This document shows, one piece after another, positions 1 to 9,545 of a stretch of 64,000 nucleotides of DNA (within the stretch, counting starts at the first letter, position 1; each line of letters opens with the position of its first letter). This DNA is from an uncultured Flavobacteriaceae bacterium. GTDB taxonomy: Bacteria; Bacteroidota; Bacteroidia; Flavobacteriales; Flavobacteriaceae. The notes beneath the pieces are model-generated. The model searched no databases. It was not told where the DNA came from and saw nothing but the letters and a program-made list of their open reading frames with translations. The stretch lies in NCBI GenBank assembly GCA_963812405.1, contig CAWEUV010000001.1, positions 147,940 to 211,939 of the forward strand, written 5' to 3'. Position numbers and translations under genes: made by a program.

Positions 1-210
1 ATCGGTCCAAAAGACGCTGATTTTGCAACGATTTTGAAACAAACCAATACCGGCGTTTTTGCTTTGTACGATGAAAAAGATAAAGTGAAAGAAATCATAC
101 TCACTTACTTCAATTTGTATGTTGAAAAGAATCTGAAAGTGTATCCGGTTGGCCTTCAACAATACAGCCGAAAGCATCTGACGAAAGAATTAGCCGCTTT
201 ATTGCGTTAA
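1..210 (+). CDS. C-terminal fragment of a glycosyltransferase (GT4/GT-B-like), truncated by the window edge
   Basis: Frame 1 is open from base 1: IGPKDADFATILKQTNTGVF...YSRKHLTKELAALLR, TAA at 208-210. The YSR..LT..LA.LL ending is typical of GT-B C-terminal helices. Confidence 0.6.
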   Translation: MGPKDADFATILKQTNTGVFALYDEKDKVKEIILTYFNLYVEKNLKVYPVGLQQYSRKHLTKELAALLR

Positions 211-247
211 TTTTAGAACATAAAGGCAATCCGAGTAACCAAAAAAG

Positions 248-790
248 ATGAAAACAACAGTTCAAACATTACGAGAAGCGAAAAACTTAACTCAAAGTGA
301 ACTTGCTGTTAAGTCCGGACTTTCATTACGAACCATTCAGCGCATTGAAGCAGGAAGTATACCGAAAGGGTTTACGCTTCGATCACTTGCCGAAACATTG
401 GAAATCGAGCCGGAAAACCTAACTTCCCAAACGCTGCAAACAGATGTGATACATCGGGCTAAATTGATAAACATTTCGGTACTAACGTCTTTAATTATCC
501 CTTTTGGCAATATCATTTTTCCTTGGATTCTTATTTACAGAACCAAAGAGCTAAAAGCTAAAGAATTAGGGAAAAAAATTCTGAGTTTCCAGCTGATTTA
601 CACTTTTATTCTTTGCGCTTTGATGATTGTGAGTCCGTTTATTCAAAAAGCAGTTTCCATTAAAATTCCCCTTTTTCTTATTTTTTTAGTGGTGCTGAAA
701 AGCTTCAATATTTTCATAACTTTTAAGAATGGTTCCTCTTTGAATCAAAAAGGGGAGTTGTATATGAGTCTGAAAAATAGTGTTTTATGA
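248..790 (+). CDS. XRE-family helix-turn-helix regulator fused to a DUF4870-like membrane domain
   Basis: N-terminal LREAKNLTQSELAVKSGLSLRTIQRIEAG (Cro/C1 HTH), followed by about three hydrophobic segments. Confidence 0.85.
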   Translation: MKTTVQTLREAKNLTQSELAVKSGLSLRTIQRIEAGSIPKGFTLRSLAETLEIEPENLTSQTLQTDVIHRAKLINISVLTSLIIPFGNIIFPWILIYRTKELKAKELGKKILSFQLIYTFILCALMIVSPFIQKAVSIKIPLFLIFLVVLKSFNIFITFKNGSSLNQKGELYMSLKNSVL

Positions 791-822
791 CATCTGTCAC
801 GTCATTGACGTAAGATTGTCAT
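788..822. promoter_or_regulatory. Cluster of TGAC/GTCA palindromes, candidate operator of the XRE regulator
   Basis: TGACA-TC-TGTCA (788-799), ACGTCA-T-TGACGT (799-811) and TTGTCAT (816-822) lie between the regulator and the protease gene. Confidence 0.4.
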
Positions 823-877
823 ATTGTTTTTAAGGATAAATTGCCTTGTTATCCTGAATATTGCATCAAAAAAAGAC

Positions 878-1816
878 ATGAGAATATTCAGGAAAATTGT
901 ATTGGTTTTATTAGTCGTTTTTGTTTTAATTGCTTTTGGCGGTTATTTATATTTTGATCAGAAATTTTCACCTTCGGAAAATTATCTTAACGTTTCAGGA
1001 GACACTGAAAACATTCCGGTAAAATGGATTTCGGATAATGACAATCCTTATTCAGTGCTGCTTCTGCCGGTTAAAATTCAAAGCATTGACAAAGAGTTTT
1101 ATATGCAATTGGATTTTGGATCACCAACGACTGTTTTTTATAAAAATGCGTTGCAATCGCTTGCTGCAAAATTTCCTGAAAAATTCGTATTTAATAAAAA
1201 TGCCGATCAAATCGCTTTAAATTTTGAACTCAAAGATTTAAAAATCAACTCGCAAAATTTTAAACTTCTGGATTACGGGAATGCACTGGATTTTGATGAT
1301 GTTAATGCCGAAAACTGCATCGGAACAATCGGAACCGATTTACTGGAAAAAAGAATTATTACCATGGATTTCAAACATAATTTGTGTTCCTTTTCTCAAA
1401 CCATTACAGAAAAAGGATTTACAGATTTTGAATTTAAAAAGCGTAGAATTTTGCTTCCCGCACAATTAGAGAATCAGTCTCTAAAATTGTTATATGATTC
1501 CGGTACCAGTGGTTATGAACTAATAACCAATAAAGAAAATTGGGATAAAATAAGAATTCCAAATACTAAAATTAAAAAGGAAAAAGGGAATTCGTGGGGA
1601 AATATACTAACGGTAATTTCGGCACCGGCTAATAAAAATATTAAGATTGGAAACCTGCAACGCCAACTTTCAGAAGTGACTTACATAACCGGAACTTCAC
1701 AATTGCAGAATTTTTTAATGAAGCAATCGGGCATGCAGGGAATGATTGGCAACAAACTGTTTTTAAACCACAAGCTTATTTTGGATTGTAAAAATGAAAA
1801 ATTCAAAATCGAATAA
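878..1816 (+). CDS. N-terminally anchored aspartyl-protease-fold (pepsin/retropepsin-like) protein
   Basis: Hydrophobic N-terminus; two lobes with QLDFGS and LYDSGTS motifs, each followed by a GxIG motif (GTIGTD, GMIGNK). ATG at 878 preferred over the ORF-track start at 824. Confidence 0.65.
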   Translation: MRIFRKIVLVLLVVFVLIAFGGYLYFDQKFSPSENYLNVSGDTENIPVKWISDNDNPYSVLLLPVKIQSIDKEFYMQLDFGSPTTVFYKNALQSLAAKFPEKFVFNKNADQIALNFELKDLKINSQNFKLLDYGNALDFDDVNAENCIGTIGTDLLEKRIITMDFKHNLCSFSQTITEKGFTDFEFKKRRILLPAQLENQSLKLLYDSGTSGYELITNKENWDKIRIPNTKIKKEKGNSWGNILTVISAPANKNIKIGNLQRQLSEVTYITGTSQLQNFLMKQSGMQGMIGNKLFLNHKLILDCKNEKFKIE

Positions 1817-1992
1817 ATGGTTTGCAGTAGAAGTTAAAGTTTGCGGTTTATCTTTGAAATACGGAATTTTCAGTCTGTTATAAATGTTCAAATGAGGTGA
1901 ATTCGATAGCGAACAATAACAGTTTGGTCGTAGGATTGCATATGGCAAGATATTTAGAAGAATTTCAGATGTTTCTTAATTCCGTTAAATAA

Positions 1993-2030
1993 AAAAATCC
2001 CGCTTCACATTACTGTTCTGCGGGATTTTT
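1993..2030. terminator. Bidirectional intrinsic terminator
   Basis: AAAAATCCCGC...GCGGGATTTTT between convergent genes. Confidence 0.75.
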
Positions 2031-2057
2031 AACCAAACTTAACCAACCAAAATCTTA

Positions 2058-2765
2058 TTATCTTTTATTTTTTTCCATTACAGCTTTTTCATCTTTTTTA
2101 ACGGCCTCGATTTCTTCAGCACTCATTTTGGCTTTTGTGCCATCGGCTTTGTAATAGTAGTAATCGTCTTCGTTGTAACCGGAACCACTTTCATAACCGT
2201 AATCAGTGTCGTAGTTCATGTTGTCGTAACCGTTTCCGCCGTAAGGCATGTAAGTGTAACCTGTACTGTAGCCGTTTACATAGCCGATTACATCAATGAT
2301 ATGACCTCTTCTGTCGTACATTATTCGTAAGCCACCTACTTGAGAAAGGGCGAAACTGTTGTATCTCATATAAACAGATCCTACGCGTTTCACTCGGTTG
2401 TATCCGTCGTAGTTGATAAACACGTTTCCGATGCGTCTTACTCTTCCAAAGTTATCGTGCTCAATTCGAACACCGTAGTTTGAAGGGCCGTAATGAACTG
2501 CTGTACGAACTCCGGGTGCTCCGTAAGTAACATTTGTTGATCCTCTTCTTGGTCCTGAAGGACGAGTGTTGAAATCAAATTGTCCGTCAGGGAAAACGTA
2601 GAATTCAATTCCGCGTTCCAGGAACATAATAGGTTCTGCATCTCTGTAATCAACACTGTGACGAGGACCTTTTCCATTGATATCAGAAAAAACAGGGTTT
2701 TCTGACGCATAAGCCATACTTCCTACCAGAAGTATACTGGCTACTAAAAGAGTAATTTTTTTCAT
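2058..2765 (-). CDS. Exported hypothetical protein with short beta-hairpin repeats
   Basis: Signal peptide MKKITLLVASILLVGSMAYA; internal repeats of about 16 aa; Tyr/Gly/Asp-rich tail. Confidence 0.75.
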   Translation of the reverse strand: MKKITLLVASILLVGSMAYASENPVFSDINGKGPRHSVDYRDAEPIMFLERGIEFYVFPDGQFDFNTRPSGPRRGSTNVTYGAPGVRTAVHYGPSNYGVRIEHDNFGRVRRIGNVFINYDGYNRVKRVGSVYMRYNSFALSQVGGLRIMYDRRGHIIDVIGYVNGYSTGYTYMPYGGNGYDNMNYDTDYGYESGSGYNEDDYYYYKADGTKAKMSAEEIEAVKKDEKAVMEKNKR

Positions 2766-3003
2766 GATATTTAAATTTAATGGTTTACCTACTCGTATCG
2801 TTTTTCGGTTTTCACGGTTCTGAATTTTTGTTTAATGATTCAGTTGATAAGTAGTATCCAATTTGCGTGCCAAAAATTAACGTCCCTTTTTTTTGAAGAA
2901 GCGGATTGTATTTATATTGCTGATAATCAAATATTTGTGATTAATAAAAAAATCTCACTTCTTTTTGGAAATGAGATTTGTAAATTGAAAATAAAATGTT
3001 CTT

Positions 3004-3399
3004 TTATTTTATTTTTTCCGCGAAAGCGATGATATGACCGTCCAAATCGGCAAAATAGCAAACACGGTCGCTCCAGTTTCGGTCTTCAATGCCACTGATG
3101 ATTCTCGCACCGGATTGTAACGCATTCTTATATTCCAATTCGATGTTTTCCACATAAAAATAGAGTTCACAACGCGGAATTCCGTTTCCTTTTTCCGGAT
3201 GAACAGTTGTAGGAGTGATGATTTTAGCGATTCCATCATTGGGCATTAATCCGATTTTAAGGGTTTCGGAGAGTGTAAATTCAGTCATACCCGGAACTTC
3301 AAGCGTTGGTTTTGTTCTGAAAACGGCTTCATAAAAGCGGGAGCTGACCTCTTGGTTGGCTACATAAAGAATAAATTCGGATGCTAGGAGATGTTTCAT
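3004..3399 (-). CDS. VOC (glyoxalase/bleomycin resistance) family protein
   Basis: ILYVANQEVSSRFY...ELYFYVENIE...EDRNWSDRVCYFADLDGHIIAF. ATG at 3399. Confidence 0.85.
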   Translation of the reverse strand: MKHLLASEFILYVANQEVSSRFYEAVFRTKPTLEVPGMTEFTLSETLKIGLMPNDGIAKIITPTTVHPEKGNGIPRCELYFYVENIELEYKNALQSGARIISGIEDRNWSDRVCYFADLDGHIIAFAEKIK

Positions 3400-3509
3400 T
3401 TGCAATTTTAATTTATCAGATTGAAAAATATAAAAAAAACACCATTATAAGTTAAAATTTTATAAATTCGTAAACCAAAACTAACTTACTTAACTAAAAC
3501 TAACAAAAA

Positions 3510-4700
3510 ATGACCTTTTTAAAGCAAAAAAGAGTGTTGTTGTTATTGGCTTTTTTTAGTCTGCAAATCACCACTGCGCAGACTTTTATTCAGCGTTATG
3601 CAGATATTGTCAACCAAACATCACAAACCAACATTACTAACAATTTAACAGAGTACGAAGCACTTGGGGTGAAGCGTAGAGGAACAGCAGCCTTGCAAAA
3701 TACCTTGGATTGGTTAAAAAATAAATATTTGAGCTATGGCTATACGGCCAGTCAGATGACGGAAGACAGCTATACAAATTCCTCTTACACCTGTAAAAAT
3801 TTAATTTTAACCAAAGTTGGAACTGTTTATCCCAATACATACGTAATTGTTTGCGGTCACTATGATTCCATTACAGGAACAGGAACCAATGATAACGGAA
3901 GCGGAGTGGTTTCAATTTTGGAAATCGCACGATTACTGCAAAATGTTCCGACAGAATATTCCATTAAATTTATCAATTTCAGTGGCGAGGAAGATGGACT
4001 AATCGGAAGTCAGCATTTTGTGACTTCTGTTGTTAACGGTACTACGCCTAAGATGAATATAAAATTGGTTTTCAATTTAGACGAAGTGGGCGGTGTTGCC
4101 GGAATGACAAATAACAACATCACTTGTGAGAAAGATACCAATGGTTCACCATCAACGAATAATGCGGCTTCTGCAACAATCACCAACGAGTTAATTGCTT
4201 GTGTAGGACTGTATTCTCCGCTTCAAACGACATTGTCTTACGCATACGCATCAGATTATATGCCTTTCCAAGCCAATAACGAAATCATTACCGGTTTTTT
4301 TGAAACCAATGAAACTACTCATAAACACACGGCTACCGATTTATTAGTCAACATGGATCCGGTGTATAATTATAAAGTTGCCAAAGCTGCAACCGGTGCC
4401 ACTTTGCATTTTGCCAAAGCAAGTACAACATTAAGCAATGAGGAATTCAATGCCGATTTTCAAATCAGTTATTTTCCTAATCCGACAAAAGGAAAGCTTA
4501 ATATTAATTTAGGAACGTTACCTCAAAATAATTATACGTTTTCATTGATCGATATTCAGGGGAAACAGGTTTATGCAAATTCAATTTCCAATGCGAAGCA
4601 AATAGAAACCATCGATGTGTCTCAATTCAGCAAAGGAATTTATATGGGGATTTTAGAATCGGGAACTAACCGAATCACTAAAAAAATTGTTATTGAATAA
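3510..4700 (+). CDS. M28-family metallopeptidase with T9SS type A C-terminal sorting domain
   Basis: Signal peptide; GHYDS, DNGSG, GEEDG zinc-site motifs; CTD with YFPNPTKG...LIDIQGKQV...KGIYM...TKKIVIE. Confidence 0.9.
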   Translation: MTFLKQKRVLLLLAFFSLQITTAQTFIQRYADIVNQTSQTNITNNLTEYEALGVKRRGTAALQNTLDWLKNKYLSYGYTASQMTEDSYTNSSYTCKNLILTKVGTVYPNTYVIVCGHYDSITGTGTNDNGSGVVSILEIARLLQNVPTEYSIKFINFSGEEDGLIGSQHFVTSVVNGTTPKMNIKLVFNLDEVGGVAGMTNNNITCEKDTNGSPSTNNAASATITNELIACVGLYSPLQTTLSYAYASDYMPFQANNEIITGFFETNETTHKHTATDLLVNMDPVYNYKVAKAATGATLHFAKASTTLSNEEFNADFQISYFPNPTKGKLNINLGTLPQNNYTFSLIDIQGKQVYANSISNAKQIETIDVSQFSKGIYMGILESGTNRITKKIVIE

Positions 4701-4703
4701 AAC

Positions 4704-4743
4704 AAAAAACGGTAATTGAGTATTTTCAACTACCGTTTTTTTT
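4704..4743. terminator. Bidirectional intrinsic terminator
   Basis: AAAAAACGGTA...TACCGTTTTTT immediately after the peptidase stop. Confidence 0.75.
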
Positions 4744-4754
4744 ATTGTTATTAT

Positions 4755-4872
4755 TTGGGCGTGTTCGCCGCGGCGAACGGGCTATCCCTTTCAATCTTTT
4801 TTGTTGCAACGTTTAGGTTTAAGATCAAAAAAGTACAAACAAAAAAGGATTTTCACTGCTATCCCTCACGCA
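4755..4872 (+). ncRNA. Structured intergenic element resembling the Flavo-1 RNA motif / flavobacterial repeat
   Basis: TTGGGCGT, perfect 16-bp palindrome GTTCGCCGCGGCGAAC, GGGCTATCC, an A/T-rich stem (ATCTTTTTTGTT...AACAAAAAAGGAT) and CACTGCTATCCCTCACGCA. Family assignment is from recall of the consensus, not a covariance search. Confidence 0.55.
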
Positions 4873-4933
4873 GTTATACCTGACAGCCACTGGCTGTCCT
4901 CCTTTTAATTTCAAATCTCACGCGGCCCAGTTG

Positions 4934-7720
4934 TTATAACTTCTCTTTCAGGTATTTCCCTGTAACGGATTTTGCATTTTTGGCAATTTCTTCCGGTGTA
5001 CCGAACGCCATTAAATTCCCGCCGTTCTCACCACCTTCCGGACCAATGTCGATAATATAATCGGCACATTTAATCAAATCCAGATTGTGTTCAATCACGA
5101 TAATGGAATGTCCTTTTTCAATTAAAGCATCAAACGAAGCCAATAATTTTTTGATGTCGTGAAAATGCAAACCAGTTGTAGGTTCGTCAAATACAAATAA
5201 TGCTTTGTCTTTGGTGGCACCTTTTACTAAAAAAGAAGCCAGCTTAATACGCTGTGCCTCACCACCGGAAAGGGTAGAGGAGGATTGCCCCAATTGCACA
5301 TAACCCAAACCAACATCCTGAAGCGGCTGCAATTTTTGCGTGATTTTGGTTTGTTTGTGATTGTTGAAAAACGCTATGGCATCATCAATAGTCATCGTTA
5401 AAATGTCATCGATGTTTTTATTTTCATAATTGACTTCCAGAATTTCTTTCTTAAAGCGTTTTCCACCACAGGTTTCACATTCCAGATGTACGTCGGCCAT
5501 AAATTGCATTTCAATCGTTACTTCACCATCGCCTTTGCAGGTTTCACAGCGACCACCTTCCACGTTAAACGAGAAATGTTTCGGTTGATAGCCGCGCATT
5601 CTTGATAACTGTTGTTTCGAAAATAAATCACGGATGTCGTCATACGCTTTGATGTAGGTTACCGGATTGGAACGCGAACTTCTTCCAATCGGATTCTGAT
5701 CGACGTATTCAATATGTTTTACATGCGAATAACTTCCTGCCAACTCGGTAAACTGACCGGCTTTTTCGCCCACGCCTTCCAGTTTTTTCTGGATGGCAGG
5801 GAATAATATTTTTTTCACTAACGTACTTTTTCCACTTCCGGAAACGCCGGTAATCACCGTTAAGCATTCCAAAGGAAAAGTAACATTGATGTTTTTTAAG
5901 TTGTTTTCTCGCGCCCCGATAACATCAACGTGGTTTTTAAATTTCCGACGTTTTTTCGGGACTTCAATTTCCATTTTTCCATTTAGGTATTGTGCGGTAA
6001 GCGAATCGGCTTTCAGGATTTCTTCGTAAGTGCCTTGTGCGACCAATTCACCGCCCAAAGTTCCGGCTTCCGGTCCGATGTCGATAATCATATCCGCCGC
6101 TTTCATAATGTCTTCGTCGTGTTCCACCACAATTACGGTATTTCCTAAATTGCGTAAATCTTCCAGTACTTTTATCAGTCGTTCGGTGTCTTTCGGGTGT
6201 AAACCAATACTCGGTTCGTCCAAAATATACATGGAACCCACTAAACTGCTTCCCAACGAAGTCGCCAAATTGATACGTTGTGATTCGCCACCGGAAAGCG
6301 TTGCTGAATTTCGGTTCAGCGTCAGATAATTTAAGCCCACTTCATCCAAAAAGCGCAAACGGTTATTGATTTCCAATAAAAGACGTTTGGCTACTTTTTC
6401 GTCGTATTCGGATAAGGTTAATGCTTTGAAAAATTCAATCAGGTTTTTAATCGGTAAATCCACTAAATCGGAGATGGTTTTGCCTCCAACTTTGATGTAA
6501 TTGGCTTCAGGACGCAAGCGTTTTCCTTTGCAGCTGTTGCATTTCGTTTTTCCGCGGTAACGCGACAACATTACACGGTTTTGGATTTTATAATTTTTCT
6601 CTTCCAGCTCCTGAAAGAAGTCGTCGAGTCCTACAAAATATTTGTTACCTTTCCAAATTAGTGCTTTGTGTTCGTCACTTAATTCGAAAAAAGGTTTGTG
6701 AATCGGGAAATCGAAATGATGACTGTTGTTTACCAATTGGTCGCGGTACCAGCCCATACTTTCACCACGCCAAGGATAAATGGCATTTTCGTAAACGGAA
6801 AGTGCTGTATTCGGAATCACTAATTCTTCATCAATTCCGATGACGTTTCCGTAACCTTCACATTTCGGACAAGCTCCGTACGGATTGTTAAAACTGAACA
6901 AATGTACATTCGGCTCCAGAAACGTAATGCCGTCCAATTCGAAATTATTACTGAAAACCAATCGTTTTTCCGAACCCAATTCCTGTAAATAACATTCGCC
7001 TTTCCCTTCATAAAATGCGGTTTGAATTGCATCGGCCAATCGATTGAAGAATTCTTCTTCCTCTTTCACTACAATTCGGTCGATGATTAACAAAACGTCT
7101 TTATTATCAAGGGAATGCTGGTCGATTTCATCCAGACGAACCATTTCATTGTTCACCAGAATTCGTGCAAAACCTTGTTGTAACAGTACTTTTAATTTGT
7201 CTTCCAACGCTCTGCCTTGTTCCAGATGAATAGGGGAGAGTAACAGCCATTTGCTGTCTAAATCGAAGCTTTTTACTTCGTTGATGACATCACTAACGGT
7301 ATGTTTTTTAACTTCATTGCCGGAAACTGGCGAAAAAGTTTTCCCGATTCGGGCGTATAATAACTTGAGGTAGTCATAAATTTCAGTGGAAGTCCCTACA
7401 GTGGAACGGGCATTGGTAGTGTTTACTTTCTGTTCGATGGCAATGGCAGGAGCGATTCCTTTGATGTATTCCACTTTTGGTTTGTCTAAACGACCGAGGA
7501 ACTGACGTGCATAGGAAGATAAACTTTCCACATAACGGCGCTGTCCTTCGGCATAAAGCGTGTCGAAAGCCAAACTTGATTTTCCGGAACCCGAAAGCCC
7601 GGTAATAACCACAAGTTTATTTCGCGGAATCGCCACATCCACATTCTTAAGATTGTGAAGTTGCGCTCCTTTTATAATGATATTTTTCTTCGGTTCGAGT
7701 GTTGTGATGTCGGTTTTCAT
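4934..7720 (-). CDS. uvrA: Excinuclease ABC subunit A
   Basis: Two Walker A motifs ([16 protein letters not shown]), two LSGGE signatures, CxxC zinc fingers. ATG at 7720 lies downstream of a TATCTTTG box. Confidence 0.97.
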   Translation of the reverse strand: MKTDITTLEPKKNIIIKGAQLHNLKNVDVAIPRNKLVVITGLSGSGKSSLAFDTLYAEGQRRYVESLSSYARQFLGRLDKPKVEYIKGIAPAIAIEQKVNTTNARSTVGTSTEIYDYLKLLYARIGKTFSPVSGNEVKKHTVSDVINEVKSFDLDSKWLLLSPIHLEQGRALEDKLKVLLQQGFARILVNNEMVRLDEIDQHSLDNKDVLLIIDRIVVKEEEEFFNRLADAIQTAFYEGKGECYLQELGSEKRLVFSNNFELDGITFLEPNVHLFSFNNPYGACPKCEGYGNVIGIDEELVIPNTALSVYENAIYPWRGESMGWYRDQLVNNSHHFDFPIHKPFFELSDEHKALIWKGNKYFVGLDDFFQELEEKNYKIQNRVMLSRYRGKTKCNSCKGKRLRPEANYIKVGGKTISDLVDLPIKNLIEFFKALTLSEYDEKVAKRLLLEINNRLRFLDEVGLNYLTLNRNSATLSGGESQRINLATSLGSSLVGSMYILDEPSIGLHPKDTERLIKVLEDLRNLGNTVIVVEHDEDIMKAADMIIDIGPEAGTLGGELVAQGTYEEILKADSLTAQYLNGKMEIEVPKKRRKFKNHVDVIGARENNLKNINVTFPLECLTVITGVSGSGKSTLVKKILFPAIQKKLEGVGEKAGQFTELAGSYSHVKHIEYVDQNPIGRSSRSNPVTYIKAYDDIRDLFSKQQLSRMRGYQPKHFSFNVEGGRCETCKGDGEVTIEMQFMADVHLECETCGGKRFKKEILEVNYENKNIDDILTMTIDDAIAFFNNHKQTKITQKLQPLQDVGLGYVQLGQSSSTLSGGEAQRIKLASFLVKGATKDKALFVFDEPTTGLHFHDIKKLLASFDALIEKGHSIIVIEHNLDLIKCADYIIDIGPEGGENGGNLMAFGTPEEIAKNAKSVTGKYLKEKL

Positions 7721-7740
7721 AGAACTAAGTCGGTGAAATG

Positions 7741-7748
7741 CAAAGATA
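7741..7748 (-). promoter_or_regulatory. Bacteroidota sigma-70 -7 box (TATCTTTG) of uvrA
   Basis: Matches TAnnTTTG, 20 nt upstream of the ATG. Confidence 0.6.
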
Positions 7749-8041
7749 GTCAAAAACCAATTTTTAAAGAATTTGTTTCGGGATTATTACGTACAGAATT
7801 ACGGGATTAAGATCTGTTTGTTTGATTTCTCTAAACTGATTATTTTGTTGATTTTCATGCGATATTTAAGATTTATTGTGTGAAAATATGTTAAATTTTA
7901 AATTTTTATTTGTCAGATAAAAATATTTATTGTTATATTTGGATATAATTAGTCAACCAAAAACAACATTTGCCTATCGTATAAAAATACTTTTTAGAGA
8001 TTTTTAATCTATTCCCAAACCAAAAACTAAAAGGTATTATT

Positions 8042-8626
8042 ATGGCTAATGTTGTACTTCCGGACGCAGTCCTAGTGAAAAATTATGTAGGTGGAGACGA
8101 AATTGCTTTAGCTACATTAATAGAAAGACACCAATCTAAGATTTACGGTTTCATTTATTCTAAGGTAATGGACAGAGATGTTACCGAGGATATCTTTCAG
8201 GACACCTTTATTAAAGTCATCAAAACTTTAAAAACGAAAAATTATAACGAAGAAGGTAAATTTTTGCCTTGGGTTATGAGAATTGCCCATAATTTAATTG
8301 TGGATCATTTTCGTAAAACCAAAAAAATGCCTTTCAACAGAGATACGGAGGAATATTCTGTTTTTTCGATTATGACGGATAACAGTCCGAATATTGAGAG
8401 CAGAATCATTTCCGAACAGGTAGAAGTTGATTTGCAACGTTTGATAAACGAATTGCCGGACGATCAGCGTGAAGTATTGGTGATGCGTATTTATGATGAC
8501 TTGAGTTTCAAGGAAATAGCTGATTTGACAGGGGTTAGCATCAATACCGCGTTGGGTAGAATGCGTTATGCTTTAATGAACCTGAGAAAGGTTATCGAAA
8601 AAAATCAAATTATTTTAACCAATTAA
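8042..8626 (+). CDS. ECF-type RNA polymerase sigma-70 factor
   Basis: Region 2 (EDIFQDTFIKV...FLPWVMRIAHN) and region 4 (LPDDQREVL...SFKEIADLTGVSINTALGRMRYA). Confidence 0.92.
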   Translation: MANVVLPDAVLVKNYVGGDEIALATLIERHQSKIYGFIYSKVMDRDVTEDIFQDTFIKVIKTLKTKNYNEEGKFLPWVMRIAHNLIVDHFRKTKKMPFNRDTEEYSVFSIMTDNSPNIESRIISEQVEVDLQRLINELPDDQREVLVMRIYDDLSFKEIADLTGVSINTALGRMRYALMNLRKVIEKNQIILTN

Positions 8627-8677
8627 ACAATATTTGGATTGCTGTTGCGTTATTGTATTAAATTTAAAGCACATACA

Positions 8678-8821
8678 ATGGCAAAACTCTACTCTAAGAA
8701 GAAAAAAGCAAGTCCGAAAATGTTACCAAAAAAAGAAACAGTAAGTTTTCTGCTCAGCTACTCTAAAGCATTGAGCATTACAAAAGCAGGTGACTTAACT
8801 TTTGAGACCATTGCTAATTAG
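8678..8821 (+). CDS. Small basic protein (47 aa) downstream of the ECF sigma factor
   Basis: MAKLYSKKKKASPKMLPKKETVSFLLSYSKALSITKAGDLTFETIAN. The ATG follows an A-rich context and a terminator follows the stop. Confidence 0.7.
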   Translation: MAKLYSKKKKASPKMLPKKETVSFLLSYSKALSITKAGDLTFETIAN

Positions 8822-8822
8822 G

Positions 8823-8858
8823 AAAATGCCCCGAGATGATAATTTCGGGGCATTTTTT
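8823..8858. terminator. Bidirectional intrinsic terminator
   Basis: AAAATGCCCCGA...TCGGGGCATTTT. Confidence 0.8.
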
Positions 8859-9510
8859 ATTTGTTTTTATAGTATTCGTCCAAAACCGATTTTCTTCCGA
8901 TGGTTTTTGTAATGATATCTTTTTCCAGATTCCAACCGCGAGCCGGCGAATATTCCCTACCGTACCAAATAATCTGAAGGTGTAAATCGTTCCATAATGC
9001 TTCGGGAAAAATGCGTTTAGCATCTTTTTCGGTTTGTTGTACGTTTTTGCCGTTGGTTAAATTCCAGCGGTACATTAAGCGATGAATGTGGGTATCAACC
9101 GGGAAAGCCGGGACTCCGAATGCCTGACTCATTACTACACTTGCCGTTTTATGTCCAACCGCCGGTAAAGCCTCTAAATGTTCAAAACTTTGTGGGACTT
9201 CTCCACCGTGTTTTTCAATCAGAATTTGTGATAAACCGTGAATTCCTTTTGATTTCATTGGCGAAAGTCCGCACGGTTTGATAATTTCCCTGATTTCTTC
9301 CACGGATAATTTTACCATGTCATACGGATTGTCTGCTTTAGCGAAAAGTAACGGCGTAATTTGGTTTACCCGAACATCTGTACACTGCGCCGAAAGTAAA
9401 ACTGCTATCAGTAGCGTATATGCATCTTTATGATCTAACGGGATTGGAATTTCCGGATAAAGTTCATTTAACGTATTTATAACAAATGTTACCTTCTCGT
9501 CTTTGGTCAT
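8857..9510 (-). CDS. nth: Endonuclease III (HhH-GPD) lacking the 4Fe-4S motif
   Basis: LLIAVLLSAQCTD, HhH LPAVGHKTA, VDTH. No C-terminal Cys cluster. Confidence 0.9.
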   Translation of the reverse strand: MTKDEKVTFVINTLNELYPEIPIPLDHKDAYTLLIAVLLSAQCTDVRVNQITPLLFAKADNPYDMVKLSVEEIREIIKPCGLSPMKSKGIHGLSQILIEKHGGEVPQSFEHLEALPAVGHKTASVVMSQAFGVPAFPVDTHIHRLMYRWNLTNGKNVQQTEKDAKRIFPEALWNDLHLQIIWYGREYSPARGWNLEKDIITKTIGRKSVLDEYYKNK

Positions 9511-9545
9511 TTTTAGCTACTTTTATAAAAAACAAATATACACTT

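Noticed and set aside
1817-1992. Possible gene remnant (open stretch NTEFSVCYK...MARYLEEFQMFLNSVK, 1858-1992)
   Set aside because: No start codon for the longer stretch, only 16 codons from the ATG, and no recognisable similarity.
7721-8041. LexA/SOS box upstream of uvrA
   Set aside because: I could not identify a convincing palindrome in this AT-rich region.
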